Below are positions 52,084 to 62,147 of a DNA stretch of 64,000 nt, in pieces. Made by a program: the position numbers and the translations under genes. Origin of the DNA: an uncultured delta proteobacterium (GTDB lineage: Bacteria > Myxococcota_A > Polyangia > Haliangiales > Haliangiaceae). Positions within the stretch are counted from its first letter, which is position 1. Every line of letters begins with the position of its first letter. The stretch covers positions 2,432,001 through 2,496,000 of the forward strand of contig CAWKDB010000010.1 in NCBI GenBank assembly GCA_963848295.1, in the 5' to 3' direction. The notes under the pieces were generated by a model. That model had not been told where the DNA came from and made no database searches. It saw only the letters and a program-made list of their open reading frames with translations.

Positions 52084-53589
52084 ATGCGCAAGCTATTCGT
52101 GCGGTCGTTCGCGATCGCATTCATCGCTTTTGCGCTGCTGTTCGGGATCGAGTTCTTCCTCGAGTGGAACCGCGCCGGCCGGCCCGGCATGTCGGCGGTG
52201 TCGTGGGCCGGGATCAACAACGCGAAGCTCGTCGACGTGCTGTCGCCGATGGCGCGCGCCTACAACAACGTGCTCGCGATGCTCCTCGCGACGATCGGCC
52301 TCGCGATCCCGCTCACCGCGAGCATGCACACGCCGAAGCTGATCGAGATGTTCTTGCGCGACCGGGTCAACCGCTGGGTCCTGTCGTTCATGGCCATCGG
52401 CGCGGCGCACGTGCTGTGGGTCGACTACATCATCGGTCCGAAGTTCGCGCCGACCTGGGCGATCAACCTCGCGGTGTACTTCGCGATGCTCGGGTGGGCG
52501 CTGTTGATCCCGTACTTCTTCTACGTCGTGCGGTTCGTCGATCCGTCGCGGCTGATCATCCGGCTGCGCGATCGTGCGGCCGAGATCGTCGACAGGGTCG
52601 TCGAGCGCCACGCCGACCCGATCGAGTCCCAGCCCGAAGTGTCGACCGCGTTCAACCAGATCGGCACGATCATCATCAAGTCACTCGATCGCAATGACCG
52701 AGACGTCGCGGCCGAGGGCACGTGGGCGCTCAAGAGGCTGCTCGATCAGTACGAGGGCCAAAAGACGCGGATGCCGAAGGAGTGGTTCAAGGTCGACCGC
52801 GCGGACTTCGTCGGGCTGTCCGACGAGGCGCTCGAGATGCTGACCGAGAGCCGCACCTGGTACGAGATGAAGGCGCTCCAGCAGATCGAGCACGGGTTCA
52901 TGCGGGCGTTGAACAGCGCGACCGGCACCGTATCGACGTTCTCCGATGCGACCCGCGTGATCGCGGTGCGGGCGCACGCCCATCACGACGAACAGGCACT
53001 GCGTCTATGCATCCGGTTCTTCAACAACTTCCTGCGCGAGGCGATCAGGGCGCGCAACCTGCGCGCGGTCTACGACGTGTTCCACCAGTACCGTCGGCTC
53101 GGCCGCGAGCTCGTCGATCGCCCCGAGCTGTTGCGCGAGATCGGCCACCACTTCGCGTACTACGCCGGCATGGCTCGCACGTACGGCATGGTGTTCGCGC
53201 CGCAGCTCGCGCTGTTCGATCTCGGCTACGTCACGCGCCGCGCGTACGAACGAGCGTCGCCCGCGGCCGCCGACCTGCTGCGCGAGGTGCTCGCCCTGCC
53301 GCATCGCACCGGTGAAGACCTTCACACGATGGCGGTCAAGGCCAAGCTGATCCTCGGCGGGTTCTTCATCGAGAACAAATTGACCGCGGAAGCCGACCAG
53401 GTGCGCGACAATTTGCAGGACGTCTCGTCCGGACAGATCGTGCGCGCCGAAGCCCAGCTCCTCGCTGCCGATCAGTCGTTCTTCGAGGTCACCGATCGCC
53501 AGCTCAACCTCGAGTACGTGCCGCCGGAGCGCCGCGAGCCGTTGAGAGCGTTCTGCGCTTCGCTCCAGCCGAGTGGAGAGCGTCCATGA
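52084..53589 (+). CDS. DUF2254-like membrane protein
   Basis: About 4 N-terminal TMs with HTPKLIEMFLRD; helical C-terminus. Confidence 0.55.
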   Translation: MRKLFVRSFAIAFIAFALLFGIEFFLEWNRAGRPGMSAVSWAGINNAKLVDVLSPMARAYNNVLAMLLATIGLAIPLTASMHTPKLIEMFLRDRVNRWVLSFMAIGAAHVLWVDYIIGPKFAPTWAINLAVYFAMLGWALLIPYFFYVVRFVDPSRLIIRLRDRAAEIVDRVVERHADPIESQPEVSTAFNQIGTIIIKSLDRNDRDVAAEGTWALKRLLDQYEGQKTRMPKEWFKVDRADFVGLSDEALEMLTESRTWYEMKALQQIEHGFMRALNSATGTVSTFSDATRVIAVRAHAHHDEQALRLCIRFFNNFLREAIRARNLRAVYDVFHQYRRLGRELVDRPELLREIGHHFAYYAGMARTYGMVFAPQLALFDLGYVTRRAYERASPAAADLLREVLALPHRTGEDLHTMAVKAKLILGGFFIENKLTAEADQVRDNLQDVSSGQIVRAEAQLLAADQSFFEVTDRQLNLEYVPPERREPLRAFCASLQPSGERP

Positions 53590-54053
53590 AGGCGATCGCG
53601 CTAGCGTTGCTCGCCGGATGCGCGAGCCACTACGCGTACACGTTCCAGGTCACCGATCCGGGCGCCCGCGCCGGTGCGCCCGGTGGACCGGAGACGCTCG
53701 AGGACGCCGATGTCAAAGCCGACGTGCTGGTCGACCCGAAGGCCGAGGCGATCGTGCTGACGCTGACGAACAAGACCGATCAGATCCTCGCGGTCGAGTG
53801 GAACGACATCCGGCTGACCCGCACCGACGGTCGCGTCTCTGCGGTCACCACGCTGCGACCCGATACCGACCTCGGCTGGATCCAGCCGGGCGCGAACCTC
53901 GAAGCCCGCCTGTTGCCGCTCGCGTTGCCGCGCAGCGGGGAAGCGGCCGCCGCCTACGAGGGCAGGCGCTTCGATCTGCAAGTGCCGCTGATCGTGCGGC
54001 GCGAGACCAAGCTCTATCACTACTCGCTCGTCGCGCACGTGAGGGCGCTGTAG
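53586..54053 (+). CDS. Hypothetical lipoprotein
   Basis: MKAIALALLAGC. Confidence 0.7.
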   Translation: MKAIALALLAGCASHYAYTFQVTDPGARAGAPGGPETLEDADVKADVLVDPKAEAIVLTLTNKTDQILAVEWNDIRLTRTDGRVSAVTTLRPDTDLGWIQPGANLEARLLPLALPRSGEAAAAYEGRRFDLQVPLIVRRETKLYHYSLVAHVRAL

Positions 54054-54058
54054 CAGCC

Positions 54059-55885
54059 ATGAGCAAGCACGCGATCGTCATGTCGTTCGTCTTGGCCGCG
54101 ATCGGTTGCGGACCGAGCTTCACGCTGCCGATGACCGCCGACCAGCTGTTGCAGCTCAACTCGGGGCCCGCGCTCGTCGCATATCTCGGTCAACCGGACG
54201 CGAACCCGAGCGTGTGCGACCTGCGCGCGCGGGGCCCGCACCTGCTCGCGTTCAGCGACGAGGTGCACGGCGCGCTCGTCGACGGCTTCGTCAAGGGCCG
54301 GATCGAGCCCGTGATGTGGCGACGCTGCGTCGAGCTCGTGATCAAGAACATGCCGCCGACCCAGGTCGCATCGCTGTTCGACGAGCTGCTACGCGCTTAC
54401 CAGTCGATGGTCAAGAGCGACCATCTGCAGAGCGATCCGGCGTTCGCCGAGCGCGTCGCGACGATCCAGCGGCTGTACCTCGAGCGCGCCGAGGGGCTCG
54501 ACGGTCATCCGGGGGTCACCACCGCGATCTTCGACGATCTGCGCGACGCCTTGGCGAAGCGCAAGCTCGGGCCGGTCGGCAAGAGCTTCGCCGAGGAAGT
54601 GATCGGCACGGTCGACGTCTCGCACGGCAACTGGCAAGGACGCGCGGTCGACCTCGCGCTCATGGATGCGCTCGCCGCCGCCGGCAACGAGATGACGCTC
54701 GAGCGTTTCGCATCGCGCTTGCCCCAGCCCGATCTGCGCGAGCAAGCGGCGCGACGGCTCGTGCGCATTCACATCGCGCTGTCCCCGTTCGACGAGGTGC
54801 GCAAGAACGCCGCGAAGATCGAAGAGGCGGTCGTCCGCGATGGTCACAACCGCGTGGTGATCGCAGAGCACAGGCTCGCGCGCGCGTGGTTCGACGACAA
54901 CAAGACGCCGGTGCGCTACGTCGTCGTGCGCCAACACGTATGGGACCGAACCGCGACGCTGCTCGGCTCGGGTGAGAATCGGCCCGGCCTATCGGTGCTG
55001 CCCGAGCTCGCGCTTCGCGGCAGCTTGTTCGCCGAGCTCAAAGGCATCTCGCGCCCGGTCACGCTGTGCGGCGCGGCGCAGAAGCTCGACCCGACGCCGT
55101 GCATCGCGGTGAGCGACGTCGCGCTCGACAACCCGCTCGCGTATCTCGACGATGGTGGCGTGCATTTCCGCGACGACATCGCGGAGAACGAAGTCGTGCC
55201 GCTCGCGGCGAATTCCGCGTTCTCGCTGCCGGTGCGGCTCGCGAACCTGCCGGCCGCGGCGCTGCAGTGGGGCCTCGGCTTCGAGAAGCCCGACGACCTC
55301 GACTTCGGGGCGCCGGTGGCTGCGCGCGGCCCGGATCTCGAAGTCCGGGTCGATCATCCGAACCGCGATCGCTACGTCTACACGGTGAGCGGAGCGCAGG
55401 GTTACGCCGCCGTGGTTCAGGCGGCCGACCTCGGCGCGTTTCACGTCGACAGTCGCGGCGGCAACGGCCCGTCGGGCTCGACCGGTGCCAGCGGCTCGAC
55501 CGGCAGCGCCGGATCGGAGTGCAGTGCGGGCGGGCCGGGCGGCAACGGCGGACCCGGCGGCGACGGCGGCCGCGGCGGCAACGGTGGCAACGTCCACGTC
55601 GTGATCTCGTGCCAGACCGCGGGCTGCGATGTCGCAGCGGTGCAGCGCACGATCGCGAGCATCGGCGGCTACGGTGGCGCAGGTGGCTCGGGCGGCCAAG
55701 GCGGCCAGGGTGGCCAAGGCGGCGCGGCGAGATCTCAGACGACCCACACCGACAGCAACGGCGCGACCGTCGTCGATGACGCGGGCTGTTCCGCCGGCTC
55801 CAACGGTTCGAACGGTGCGTCGGGCTCGCGCGGTTCAGACGGCCGGCCCGGCAGCCCGGGCCGCGTCACCGTCGATATCCGCTAG
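54059..55885 (+). CDS. Lipoprotein with C-terminal collagen-like Gly-X-Y segments
   Basis: LAAIGC lipobox; GPSGSTGASGSTGSAG, GGNGGPGGDGGRGG and GSNGSNGASGSRGSDGRPGSPG. Confidence 0.7.
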   Translation: MSKHAIVMSFVLAAIGCGPSFTLPMTADQLLQLNSGPALVAYLGQPDANPSVCDLRARGPHLLAFSDEVHGALVDGFVKGRIEPVMWRRCVELVIKNMPPTQVASLFDELLRAYQSMVKSDHLQSDPAFAERVATIQRLYLERAEGLDGHPGVTTAIFDDLRDALAKRKLGPVGKSFAEEVIGTVDVSHGNWQGRAVDLALMDALAAAGNEMTLERFASRLPQPDLREQAARRLVRIHIALSPFDEVRKNAAKIEEAVVRDGHNRVVIAEHRLARAWFDDNKTPVRYVVVRQHVWDRTATLLGSGENRPGLSVLPELALRGSLFAELKGISRPVTLCGAAQKLDPTPCIAVSDVALDNPLAYLDDGGVHFRDDIAENEVVPLAANSAFSLPVRLANLPAAALQWGLGFEKPDDLDFGAPVAARGPDLEVRVDHPNRDRYVYTVSGAQGYAAVVQAADLGAFHVDSRGGNGPSGSTGASGSTGSAGSECSAGGPGGNGGPGGDGGRGGNGGNVHVVISCQTAGCDVAAVQRTIASIGGYGGAGGSGGQGGQGGQGGAARSQTTHTDSNGATVVDDAGCSAGSNGSNGASGSRGSDGRPGSPGRVTVDIR

Positions 55886-56304
55886 GGCTTGGGCACGAGC
55901 TCTTGGTCGGTCGGATGCGGCCGGCCGCTGTGATCGCGCTCGAGCGAGCCGGTCTGCGACGACCACATGACGTAGCCGACGATCGCGAGGATGAGCAGCG
56001 CGATCACGACCAGCGCACCGACCGGCACGCGATCGCCGAAGGTCTTGCCAGCGAAGAACCGCCCGGCCGAACGCTTGTGGATCGTATCGGTCACATCTTG
56101 CGCGAAGCTCTCCGGCGCCCGCGCCTTGTGCATCCCCGACACGAGCTTGCGCGTCTCGACCATCTCGTCGTGCGCGCGCTTCCACTCCGGCTGCTCCGCG
56201 ATCTTCGCCGCGACCGAGGCTCGCTGGTCCGGCGACAGCGCACCGTCGAGGTAATCCGACAACGCGATCACCATCTCGTCATCGAGCTCGGGCTCTTCGC
56301 TCAT
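55882..56304 (-). CDS. Anti-sigma factor (degenerate ZAS-like domain, one TM)
   Basis: LSDYLDGALS; TM near C-terminus; directly downstream of an ECF sigma gene. Confidence 0.75.
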   Translation of the reverse strand: MSEEPELDDEMVIALSDYLDGALSPDQRASVAAKIAEQPEWKRAHDEMVETRKLVSGMHKARAPESFAQDVTDTIHKRSAGRFFAGKTFGDRVPVGALVVIALLILAIVGYVMWSSQTGSLERDHSGRPHPTDQELVPKP

Positions 56305-56314
56305 CGCAGCTCCT

Positions 56315-56890
56315 TCATACGTGGCGCTGGAGTTTCTTGCGCAGCGCGAGGCGCCCGCGGTGAAGGCGAGACTTCACGGTGCCGTCGGGCAGCCCGGTGA
56401 TCTCGCAGATCTCTTCGATCGACAAGTCTTCGATGTCGCGCAGCACGATCACGGTGCGATGGTCCTCATCGAGGCCCGCGATCGCCTCCTGCATCAGCTG
56501 TTCGATCTGAGCGCCTTCGAGCGCGCGATCCGGCGCCGAGGGCACCGCGCTGCCGATCGCGCCGTTGGTCCCGGTCGACCGGGTCTCGTCGACCTCGTCA
56601 CGGTCACGGCGATAGTCCGGCCGTCGCGACAGGTACTTGATCCGGTTCTTGCAGTGATTGACCGTGACTCGGTACAGCCAGGTCGAGAACTTCGACTCCT
56701 CGCGAAAGGTGTCGATCGTCTTGAACACCGTGATGAACACCTCCTGCGCGACGTCCTCCGCATGGGTCGGTCCGAGCATCCGAAAGGCGATGTTGAACAC
56801 CCGATCCCGATGAGCGTCGATCAACTCCCGGAACGCCCGCTCGTCGCGGTCGCGCAGCCGCCGCAGGAGGGTCCGCTCGAGCTCAGACAT
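56315..56890 (-). CDS. ECF RNA polymerase sigma factor (RpoE/SigW-like)
   Basis: AEDVAQEVF; FSTWLYRV; GTVKSRLHRGR. Confidence 0.92.
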   Translation of the reverse strand: MSELERTLLRRLRDRDERAFRELIDAHRDRVFNIAFRMLGPTHAEDVAQEVFITVFKTIDTFREESKFSTWLYRVTVNHCKNRIKYLSRRPDYRRDRDEVDETRSTGTNGAIGSAVPSAPDRALEGAQIEQLMQEAIAGLDEDHRTVIVLRDIEDLSIEEICEITGLPDGTVKSRLHRGRLALRKKLQRHV

Positions 56891-57166
56891 GGGGAAGCGC
56901 GAGCATACCCCCGAGATGACACCAGAAACCGGGCCCGGGTTTCCACTCCCGGTGGCCGGCGTTTCCGATATGGCTTTTCGGCGAAAGCGGCTGTAGTTTC
57001 AGAGCTGCCACGGTTCGTCGGTTTGCTCTGGTTTGCCGTTTGCGTTTGCTACGGGTCGGCCATCGCTTGTTCCGGTGCTCAGTGGGCTCACAGTTTCGAA
57101 ACCCGCTTCCGAGCACGTAGGCCCCTCTAGGGGCGGGTCAAGCATCAGGGCCAGATCGAGATAGCG

Positions 57167-57613
57167 ATGAACACTCGTCTGTACGTTGGAAACCTTTCGT
57201 TCAATACCACTGCTGATGGCGTCCGCACCGCGTTCCAGGACTTTGGAACGGTCAGCGACGTCCACCTCGTCACCGATCGCGAGACGGGCCGCTCGCGCGG
57301 CTTCGCGTTCGTGACGATGGGCACCACCGAGGAGGCCGCGAAGGCCATCGAAGGCATGGACGGCAAGACCCTCGACGGTCGCCCGCTCCGCGTTAACGAA
57401 GCCGAACAGCGCCAAGCTCGCGGCGGCGGCGGCGGTGGCGGCGGCGGGTTCCGCGGCGGCGGCGGTGGCGGCGGCTATCGCGGCGGCGGCGGCGGTGACT
57501 ACGGCGGTGGTGGCGGCGGCGGTGGTGGTGACTACGGCGGTGGCGGCGGCGACGGCGGCCGTGGTGGTCGCGGTGGTCGCGGCCGCGGCGGTGGCGGCGG
57601 CGATCGCTGGTAG
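57167..57613 (+). CDS. RRM RNA-binding protein with Gly/Arg-rich tail
   Basis: RNP2 LYVGNL; RNP1 RGFAFVTM; RGG tail. Confidence 0.95.
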   Translation: MNTRLYVGNLSFNTTADGVRTAFQDFGTVSDVHLVTDRETGRSRGFAFVTMGTTEEAAKAIEGMDGKTLDGRPLRVNEAEQRQARGGGGGGGGGFRGGGGGGGYRGGGGGDYGGGGGGGGGDYGGGGGDGGRGGRGGRGRGGGGGDRW

Positions 57614-57643
57614 CTCGAACCAACGACAACTGACGCAACGAAT

Positions 57644-57682
57644 CGGGGAGCTCGCCACACGGCGCGCTCCCCGTTCTCATTT
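57644..57682 (+). terminator. Probable intrinsic terminator hairpin
   Basis: CGGGGAGC-TCGCC-ACAC-GGCGC-GCTCCCCG followed by TTCTCATTT. Confidence 0.6.
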
Positions 57683-57750
57683 CGGGCGGTTTGCGATTTC
57701 GGATCGTGGACATCCACGCCTCATGATTCGTCACAACTCTTGGATGGCGC

Positions 57751-57970
57751 TCACGTGGCTCGCCCGGAGGGCACCGCGAACACGCTGACCGGGCTGCCGC
57801 GCAGATAACCGACACCGAGCATCCTCGCGCGGTAGGCCGTCTCGGTGCGCAGCGCGGCGACCGCGGCGGCCACGCGCAGCGTGATGTGGAGCGGCTTGGT
57901 CGGATCGAGCTCGGCACGTCGCACGTGCCGCTGATAGCTGGACACATTTTGCCGTCCTCTTCGGCGGCAT
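57751..57970 (-). mobile_element. Internally deleted REP-associated tyrosine (Y1/RAYT-like) transposase remnant
   Basis: MPPKRTAKCVQLS / RHVRRAELDPTKPLHITLRV..LR...YRA / RMLGVGYLR..VSVFAVP resemble recalled N- and C-termini of myxobacterial RAYTs; the HUH/Tyr core is absent. Confidence 0.5.
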
Positions 57971-58046
57971 TCGCCTCGGGACGTTCGACAGCGAGCACAC
58001 CGATCGCGGTCTACGCGTCCCTCGTCGTCGGCGCTTGAAGGCGGGC

Positions 58047-58089
58047 GAAGTGTCAGGGATGTCCTTGGACTGAAGTGTCAGGGATGTCC
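58047..58089. repeat. Perfect 18-bp direct repeat GAAGTGTCAGGGATGTCC x2
   Basis: 58047-58064 and 58072-58089, 7-nt spacer. Confidence 0.9.
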
Positions 58090-58105
58090 GTGCTTGCACA
58101 AAACC

Positions 58106-58246
58106 CTGTGGATGCTGACGCGGCGTGGACGGCTCGGAAAACCGCGGGCGACGACACCGAGGATTCGCAATGACGACGAGGTGCGGTTGCCCGACCCGAC
58201 CACCCCGCTTGGACAGCCGCTGCGCGCCTGTCCACAGCATCCACAG
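58106..58246. repeat. 12-bp inverted repeat CTGTGGATGCTG / CAGCATCCACAG
   Basis: 58106-58117 and 58235-58246. Confidence 0.85.
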
Positions 58247-58357
58247 CGCTGCGGCTACTGGTTTCGGAGATTTTTGTTTGGGGAAGATTCGGACTTGAAC
58301 CGGCGCGCCTCGACCGAACGACAACGAGTTCCCGTGGGCGCCGTCAATGACGACTGG

Positions 58358-58650
58358 CTACGGCGGACCTGAGTGGACCGCTACGCATCGGCCATATTCG
58401 CGTCCCGCACGCTGATACCTCGAGAGCCCGATCACGGTCGCGCACGACTGCTCACTCACGCTACACAGCTGGCCACGCGCACCGCCATCGTCGAGATAGG
58501 TCGCGCACCATGCTGCAGAAACTTCCAAGCAACCGCCTCCCGCGGAAACACACGCAGGGTTGTCCGGCCAGCAGGTCCCATCACCGCTCGAGGCGCACCA
58601 ATAGCCGGCCGCCGCGCTGGGCGTGCGTTTCGCGACGCGACGACGATGAT
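58358..58650 (-). CDS. Small Cys-rich hypothetical protein or fragment (start unclear)
   Basis: GYWCASS.DGTCW..NPAC...GCLEV.AAWC...LCS.SEQSC...YGRC. Confidence 0.35.
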
Positions 58651-58686
58651 TGATTGCCCCTCTGCGGCGCGTTAGGGTGCGCCACC

Positions 58687-59739
<1,053 letters not shown>

Positions 59740-59816
59740 ACGCCCCGACGTGTCGGCGACGCGGCGCGCAACGTAAGATTTGCGGGAGATCGGGGGCGTG
59801 CACGTATGATGTGCGG

Positions 59817-61556
59817 ATGGGGAAGCTTTGGCTCGCGCTCGCGGTCGTCACGACCGCGGCATGTCACTTCACGTCGAACGCGACCGGCGACGGCGGTGGG
59901 CCGACGATCGACGCATCGAGCGCGACGTGCGGCAACGGCATCGTCGAGCCCGGCGAGGACTGCGACGACGGCGACACGAAAGCCGACTCGTACTGCGACT
60001 CGATGTGCCACTTCACGTGCGGCAACGGCGTGGTCGACAGCGATCAAGGCGAGACCTGCGATACCTCGATCGCGAGCGGGCCGGGCTCGTGTCCGACCGC
60101 GTGCGACGATGGCGATGCGTGTACGACCGACGTGCTCGAAGGCTCGGGCTGCACGGCGCAGTGCGTGTACTCGCCGATCACGTCCGCGATCGACGGCGAC
60201 GGCTGCTGTCCGGCGGGCGCGAACGCGAACACCGATAACGACTGCACCGCGATGTGCGGCAACGGCGTGCTCGAAGCCGGCGAGCTGTGCGATCCGGGCA
60301 TCGTCGCGGGCGCGGGTGCGTGCCCGGAGTCGTGCGACGACGATCAATCCTGCACGACCGACACGTTGGTCAGCGGCGGTACGTGCCAGGCGATGTGTAC
60401 GTTCACCGCGATCACGATGCCGATCAACAACGATGGCTGTTGCCCGGCCGGCGCGAACCCCGGCGATGACAACGATTGCAGCGCCGCGTGCGGCAACGGC
60501 TTCGTCGATGTCGGCGAGACGTGTGACACGGCGATCGCGAGCGGCGCCGGCAAGTGCCCGACGGCGTGCGACGATGGCATCGCGTGCACGTCGAACGTGC
60601 TGTCGAATCCGGGCACGTGCACCGCGGCCTGCGTCTATCCGGCGATCACGATGCCGATCAACGGCGACGGGTGCTGCCCGACCGGTGCGAACGCGAACGA
60701 CGACAACGATTGCGCGCCGGTGTGCGGTAACGGCGTCGTCGAAGCCGGCGAGCAATGCGACGACGGCAACACGGACAACACCGACGCCTGCGACAACACG
60801 TGCCACACGCACGTCGTGGCGACCGCGTTCCGGTTCAACACGCTCGAGCTGCGCGATCCGCACACGTGGATCAACGTGCCGATCCTCGGCTGTAAGGACA
60901 TCACGGATAACAAGTTGCTCGGCGAGCCGTCGGTCAACGACCAGCTGCTGTCCGAGATCACGACCGACAGCAACGGCGATGGCTTGCTCGACTTGTCGCC
61001 GACGCTCGTGTTCCGCCCGCTCGATCAGGTCAACGCCCACATGCCCGCGCTCCAGCTCTACTTCGCCGATTGCACGTCGCCGCTCGCGTCGACCTCGTGC
61101 AAGCCAAACGCGCAAGTGCCGGTCGCGTTGACCGCGACGAACCAATCGACCGGGACGTGCCTCGCGACGATCGCCGGCACGGTGAAGCCCTACTCGCCGG
61201 CGGTGACGACGACGACCGGGCCGTGCTTCGTGTCCGCATCGTCGACGATCGCGGTCAGCATCGTCGGCATCCCGCTCACGCTGCACGATGCGCGAATCGC
61301 CGCGACGTACTCTGGCTCGCCGGCGACTCAGGTCGTCAACGGCTTGCTCGTCGGGTTCATGACCGAGACCGACGCCAACGCGACGAATCTGCCGTCGGAT
61401 CTGCCGCTCGTCGGCGGCAAGCCGCTGAGCACGATCCTCGCCGGCGGCACCGGCGCCTGCGCGAGCTTCTCGGACAAGGACACCGACAACGGCACGTCCG
61501 GCTGGTGGTTCTACCTGAACTTCACGGCACCGGTCACGACCTGGTCCGACAACTGA
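59817..61556 (+). CDS. Myxobacterial cysteine-rich repeat lipoprotein
   Basis: VTTAAC; five CGNG.V..GE.CD motifs; three long units containing DGCCP.GAN..DNDC. Confidence 0.85.
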   Translation: MGKLWLALAVVTTAACHFTSNATGDGGGPTIDASSATCGNGIVEPGEDCDDGDTKADSYCDSMCHFTCGNGVVDSDQGETCDTSIASGPGSCPTACDDGDACTTDVLEGSGCTAQCVYSPITSAIDGDGCCPAGANANTDNDCTAMCGNGVLEAGELCDPGIVAGAGACPESCDDDQSCTTDTLVSGGTCQAMCTFTAITMPINNDGCCPAGANPGDDNDCSAACGNGFVDVGETCDTAIASGAGKCPTACDDGIACTSNVLSNPGTCTAACVYPAITMPINGDGCCPTGANANDDNDCAPVCGNGVVEAGEQCDDGNTDNTDACDNTCHTHVVATAFRFNTLELRDPHTWINVPILGCKDITDNKLLGEPSVNDQLLSEITTDSNGDGLLDLSPTLVFRPLDQVNAHMPALQLYFADCTSPLASTSCKPNAQVPVALTATNQSTGTCLATIAGTVKPYSPAVTTTTGPCFVSASSTIAVSIVGIPLTLHDARIAATYSGSPATQVVNGLLVGFMTETDANATNLPSDLPLVGGKPLSTILAGGTGACASFSDKDTDNGTSGWWFYLNFTAPVTTWSDN

Positions 61557-61574
61557 TCGTGCTACGCACGGGGG

Positions 61575-62147
61575 ATGCGGATCGACAAGGTCTACACCCG
61601 CGGCGGCGACCAAGGCCAAACCTCGCTGATCGGCGGCGACCGAGTCTCGAAGGCGTCGCCGCGGATCGCTTGTTACGGGACGATCGACGAGCTCAACGCG
61701 GTCATCGGTCTGATGATCGAAGCGCTCGGCGCGTCGGCGGCCGGGCCGCACCTGTCGCCGATCTTGCAGCGTGTCCAGAACGAGCTGTTCAACCTCGGCT
61801 GCGAGCTCGCGACGCCGGACGGCGACCGCCGCGCGAAGATGCCGCGCATCGAGCCGCGCCACGTCGATGGGCTCGAGCGCGATATCGATGCGGTCAACGA
61901 CGAGTTGCCGGCGCTCACGTCATTCGTGCTGCCGGGCGGCGGCTGGCCCTCGGCGTACGGCCATCTGGCGCGCACCGTGTGCCGGCGCGCCGAGCGCCTC
62001 GTCGTCGAGCTCGGTGCGGATGAGCCGATCGGCGAGTTGCCGGTGCGCTACCTCAATCGCCTGTCGGATGCGCTGTTCGTGTGGGGGCGCTGGTGCGCGC
62101 TCAAGGACGGCAAGCCCGAGGCGCTGTGGGATTCGCGCGCGACTTAG
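61575..62147 (+). CDS. pduO: Cob(I)alamin adenosyltransferase, PduO type
   Basis: [41 protein letters not shown]. Confidence 0.92.
   Translation: MRIDKVYTRGGDQGQTSLIGGDRVSKASPRIACYGTIDELNAVIGLMIEALGASAAGPHLSPILQRVQNELFNLGCELATPDGDRRAKMPRIEPRHVDGLERDIDAVNDELPALTSFVLPGGGWPSAYGHLARTVCRRAERLVVELGADEPIGELPVRYLNRLSDALFVWGRWCALKDGKPEALWDSRAT

Noticed and set aside
57420..57602. GGC microsatellite
   Set aside because: It encodes the Gly-rich tail of the RRM protein
58047..58089. CRISPR array
   Set aside because: Only two 18-bp units with a 7-nt spacer, and no cas genes
58280..58330. tRNA suggested by GGTTCAAGTCC on the minus strand
   Set aside because: The T-stem is only about 3 bp and no acceptor, D or anticodon arms can be formed
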